This document shows, piece after piece, positions 61,184 through 64,000 of a stretch of 64,000 nucleotides of DNA. The notes beneath the pieces are model-generated. The model was not told where the DNA came from and ran no database searches. It saw only the letters and a list, made by a program, of their open reading frames with translations. Location of the stretch: positions 7,939 to 71,938 of the forward strand of contig DATEHI010000052.1 in assembly GCA_035279665.1 (NCBI GenBank). The letters run 5' to 3'. A program made the translations under genes and the position numbers. Each line of letters begins with the position of its first letter. The stretch's first letter is position 1. The stretch is from Candidatus Dormiibacterota bacterium. Its GTDB lineage: Bacteria > Chloroflexota > Dormibacteria > CF-121.

Positions 61184-62685
61184 CGCAGAAGCCTTTTCCC
61201 CCGGGCCGCTATCGACTGGTCGTGGTGGGCAGCGGGCCCGGTGGCCTGCAGCTCAGCTATTCGTTGAGCCGGCTGGGCATCGACCACGCGGTCATCTCGG
61301 ACGACCCGGCGCCGGGCGGCATGTTCCGGCGCTGGCCGGTGTTCCAGCGGATGCTGAGCTGGACCAAGCCCTTCACCGGCGTCGAGCACACGTCGCGCGC
61401 CTACGAACGCTACGACTGGAACAGCCTGCTGGCCGACGACGAGCGGGATCGTGCGGTGATGCCCGCCCTGATGGACGGGACATCATACTTTCCGTCGCGG
61501 CCAGAGATGCAGAAAGGCCTGGAGGCATTTGCGGAGCGCACCGGTATCCGCGTGCGCCATGGAACGCGCTGGGAATCGACCCGTCAGGACGGTGAGGAGT
61601 TCGTGCTCACCACCTCCGAGGGCGAGTACCGCGCGCCGGTTGTCGTGTTTGCCGTCGGCGTCGCCCAACCCTACAAACCCCCAACCCCCGGTCTGGAGCA
61701 GGTGCCGCACTACGGTGACTTTCGTCCGGTCGAGACGTACAAGGACCGGCGGGTCTTCATCGTGGGAAAGCAGAATTCGGGTTTCGAAATCGCAACCGGG
61801 TTGCTGCCCTGGGCTCGGCAGCTGGTTCTGGCGTCGCCGAGCCCGACCAAGCTCTCCGTCAACACGCACACCCTGGTCGGCGTCCGCGCCCGCTATGTTC
61901 AGCCCTACGAGGACGGGGCGCTGGCGGGCGGGGTCATCGTTCTCGACACGACCATCGAAGAGGTCATGAAGGATGGCGCCGGCTATCGGGTCCGCACTCG
62001 GAATGCAGCCGGGCGCGAGCTCACCATGGCGGCCGACGATGTCATCGCCGCGACCGGCTTCGTCACGCCCCTTCGCGACCTGCCCGCGCTGGGGGTCGCG
62101 ACCTTCGGCCAGAGCCGGCTTCCGGCGCAGACACCCTTCTGGGAAAGCGCCACCAGGCCAGGCATTTTTTTCGCCGGAACGATCACCCAGGGCGCGGGGG
62201 GCCTGAAGAAGCACGGCATCCCGAGCAACTCCGGCGCCGTTCAGGGCTATCGCTACAACGCCCGCGTCCTTGCCCGGCACCTGGCCGAAACGAAGTTCGG
62301 CGTTCCCGCAACGCGGGAGCACCTGGACCCGGCAAGCATCGTCCCCTACCTCCTCGATCAAGTGAGCAACGGCCCCGAGCTCTGGCACCAGCGTGCCTAC
62401 TTGGCCCGCGCGATCAATCTCGATCGCGACGCCGGGATCTTAAACGACGGCATCGTGCCCCTGCAACACTTCCTCGACTCGGGTGGCGTCGACGCCGTCG
62501 CGGTTACGCTCGAATCGAACGGCCAGGGGAATCCGTACCCGGTCGTCTACGTCCGCAAGGCCGATTCCGTTGCGGAGCACGCGTTGGCACCGGACCCACT
62601 GCTCGATTTCACCGGCCGCGACTACCAGGACGAGTTGCGCAACGCGCTCGAGCCGGTGTTGAGCGAAGCGGCGTCGCCCGCATGA
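61171..62685 (+). CDS. FAD/NAD(P)-binding oxidoreductase (flavin-containing monooxygenase / pyridine nucleotide-disulfide oxidoreductase-like)
   Basis: Two Rossmann motifs (VVVGSGPGG; RVFIVGKQNSGFE). The GTG start at 61171 is uncertain. Confidence 0.7.
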   Translation: MAELAQKPFPPGRYRLVVVGSGPGGLQLSYSLSRLGIDHAVISDDPAPGGMFRRWPVFQRMLSWTKPFTGVEHTSRAYERYDWNSLLADDERDRAVMPALMDGTSYFPSRPEMQKGLEAFAERTGIRVRHGTRWESTRQDGEEFVLTTSEGEYRAPVVVFAVGVAQPYKPPTPGLEQVPHYGDFRPVETYKDRRVFIVGKQNSGFEIATGLLPWARQLVLASPSPTKLSVNTHTLVGVRARYVQPYEDGALAGGVIVLDTTIEEVMKDGAGYRVRTRNAAGRELTMAADDVIAATGFVTPLRDLPALGVATFGQSRLPAQTPFWESATRPGIFFAGTITQGAGGLKKHGIPSNSGAVQGYRYNARVLARHLAETKFGVPATREHLDPASIVPYLLDQVSNGPELWHQRAYLARAINLDRDAGILNDGIVPLQHFLDSGGVDAVAVTLESNGQGNPYPVVYVRKADSVAEHALAPDPLLDFTGRDYQDELRNALEPVLSEAASPA

Positions 62686-64000
62686 GCCCACTGCCGACCG
62701 GGACCGTCACCTTCTTCTTCAGCGATATCGAGGGGTCGACGCGGCTGATCCAGCAACTCGGCGACCGCTACCCCGACGTCCTGCTCGCCCATCACACGAT
62801 CCAGCGCGAGGCGCTCGCCGCCAACGGCGGCCACGAGCTTCGCACCGAAGGCGATTCGTTCTTCATCGTTTTCAAGAGCGCACTGGAAGCTTGCGCCGGC
62901 GCCGCCGCCGTCCAGAAGATGCTGGCGCAGCACGCATGGCCGGAGAACGGAGAGATCCGGGTACGGATCGGTCTGCATACCGGCGAAGCCACGCTCGTCG
63001 GCAATGAGTACCTCGGCCTGGACGTCCATCGGGCCGCCCGCGTGGCGAGCGCCGGCCACGGCGGCCAGGTACTTGTTTCCGAGACCACCCGGGCACTGGT
63101 CGATCACATGCTCGCGCCGGGTCTAACGCTGAAGGACCTGGGCATGCATCGCCTCAAAGACCTGGCCCGGCCCGAACGCCTTTTCCAGCTCACGGTCGAG
63201 GGCCTGCCCGCCGACTTTCCACCGCTGAAGACGCTGGAGGCGACCCCGAACAATCTCCCGACCCAGCTGACGAGCTTCATCGGCCGGGACGATCAGGTCC
63301 GCGAAGCCAGGGGGCTGCTGGCCCGATCGCGGCTGCTAACCCTCACCGGGCCGGGCGGCACCGGCAAGACGCGCCTCAGCCTAGAAATCGCAGCGGAGGT
63401 CCTGGACCAGTTCTCCGACGGCGTCTACTTTGTGCCGCTCAGCGCGGTGCATGACCCCGACCTGGTCGCGTCGGCGATCGCACAGGCGCTGGCCATCTCG
63501 ACGACCGGCAGCCGACGGCCGATCGACGCCCTGCTCGACCACCTGCGAGAAAAACAAACACTGCTGGTGCTCGACAATTTCGAACAGCTGCTCAAAGCCG
63601 CGCCGATCGCGACCCAGCTGCTCGAGGGAAGCGCCGGGCTGCGCGTGCTCGTCAGCAGTCGCACGGCGCTGCGCGTTTCGGGTGAGCAGGAATTTCCGGT
63701 TCCTCCCCTTGCGCTACCCGACCTCAAAGCCCTGCCCTCACTAGCCGCCCTCTCGCAGTTCGAGGCGGTGCGGCTCTTTATCGAGCGCGCGGTCGCGGTC
63801 AAGCCCGATTTCGAGGCGACCAATGAGAATGCGCCGGCGATTGCGGGGATCTGCGAGCGCGTCGACGGACTGCCGTTGGCGATCGAACTCGCGGCCGCGC
63901 GCGTCAAGCTCTTTTCGCCGCAGGCACTCTTGAGCCGGCTGGTGAAATCGCTGAGCGCCCTGGGCACTGGGGCACGAGACGCCCCCGCGCGGCAGCAGAC
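62682..64000 (+). CDS. Class III adenylate/guanylate cyclase fused to an AAA/NB-ARC-like NTPase domain (partial; continues past window end)
   Basis: Cyclase domain (VTFFFSDIEGSTRL...ELRTEGDSFFIVF...RIGLHTGEA). Then P-loop LTGPGGTGKTRL and Walker B LLVLDN. ATGA overlap with the upstream gene. No stop within the window. Confidence 0.8.
   Translation, partial: MSPLPTGTVTFFFSDIEGSTRLIQQLGDRYPDVLLAHHTIQREALAANGGHELRTEGDSFFIVFKSALEACAGAAAVQKMLAQHAWPENGEIRVRIGLHTGEATLVGNEYLGLDVHRAARVASAGHGGQVLVSETTRALVDHMLAPGLTLKDLGMHRLKDLARPERLFQLTVEGLPADFPPLKTLEATPNNLPTQLTSFIGRDDQVREARGLLARSRLLTLTGPGGTGKTRLSLEIAAEVLDQFSDGVYFVPLSAVHDPDLVASAIAQALAISTTGSRRPIDALLDHLREKQTLLVLDNFEQLLKAAPIATQLLEGSAGLRVLVSSRTALRVSGEQEFPVPPLALPDLKALPSLAALSQFEAVRLFIERAVAVKPDFEATNENAPAIAGICERVDGLPLAIELAAARVKLFSPQALLSRLVKSLSALGTGARDAPARQQ

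Overview
High-GC (about 68%) bacterial chromosomal segment, gene-dense on both strands, with very frequent start/stop codon overlaps (ATGA, TGATG) that indicate long translationally coupled operons. The content is mostly core metabolism plus regulators.

Genes and operons I could support:
- An orphan glutamate synthase large subunit (gltB).
- A Liv-type ABC transporter operon (livJHMGF) extended by an FAD-dependent oxidoreductase and an alpha/beta hydrolase.
- A LacI-regulated putative catabolic block: HIBADH-like dehydrogenase, truncated LacI paralog, M24 peptidase, TPP-dependent E1 alpha/beta, GabD-like ALDH.
- leuCD, and a PucR-type regulator divergent from an operon of an RHH protein, a divergent ALS-like TPP enzyme, ilvC, a short leuA/cimA and ilvE.
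- An operon of a Zn-ribbon thrC-like gene, asd, ask and thrB preceded by a SAM-I riboswitch and terminator, while a second canonical thrC sits next to hom further downstream.
- mgsA, trpG, trpE, leuB.
- Two two-component systems and three ECF sigma/anti-sigma pairs.
- A MacB/FtsX-type ABC exporter.
- An MFS transporter followed by a cNMP-binding protein, a flavoprotein and an adenylate cyclase/NTPase signalling gene.

Mobile or repetitive elements:
- An HNH/DUF222 (REP13E12-type) gene flanked by a repeat-rich intergenic region.
- A family of short GC-rich palindromic repeats embedded in gene termini.

No rRNA, tRNA or CRISPR array was recognised. The most interesting candidate system is the SAM-riboswitch-controlled thrC-paralog/asd/ask/thrB operon, consistent with methionine synthesis via O-phosphohomoserine. 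Taxonomic guess (uncertain): Chloroflexota/Thermomicrobia-like or a deep-branching Actinobacterium.
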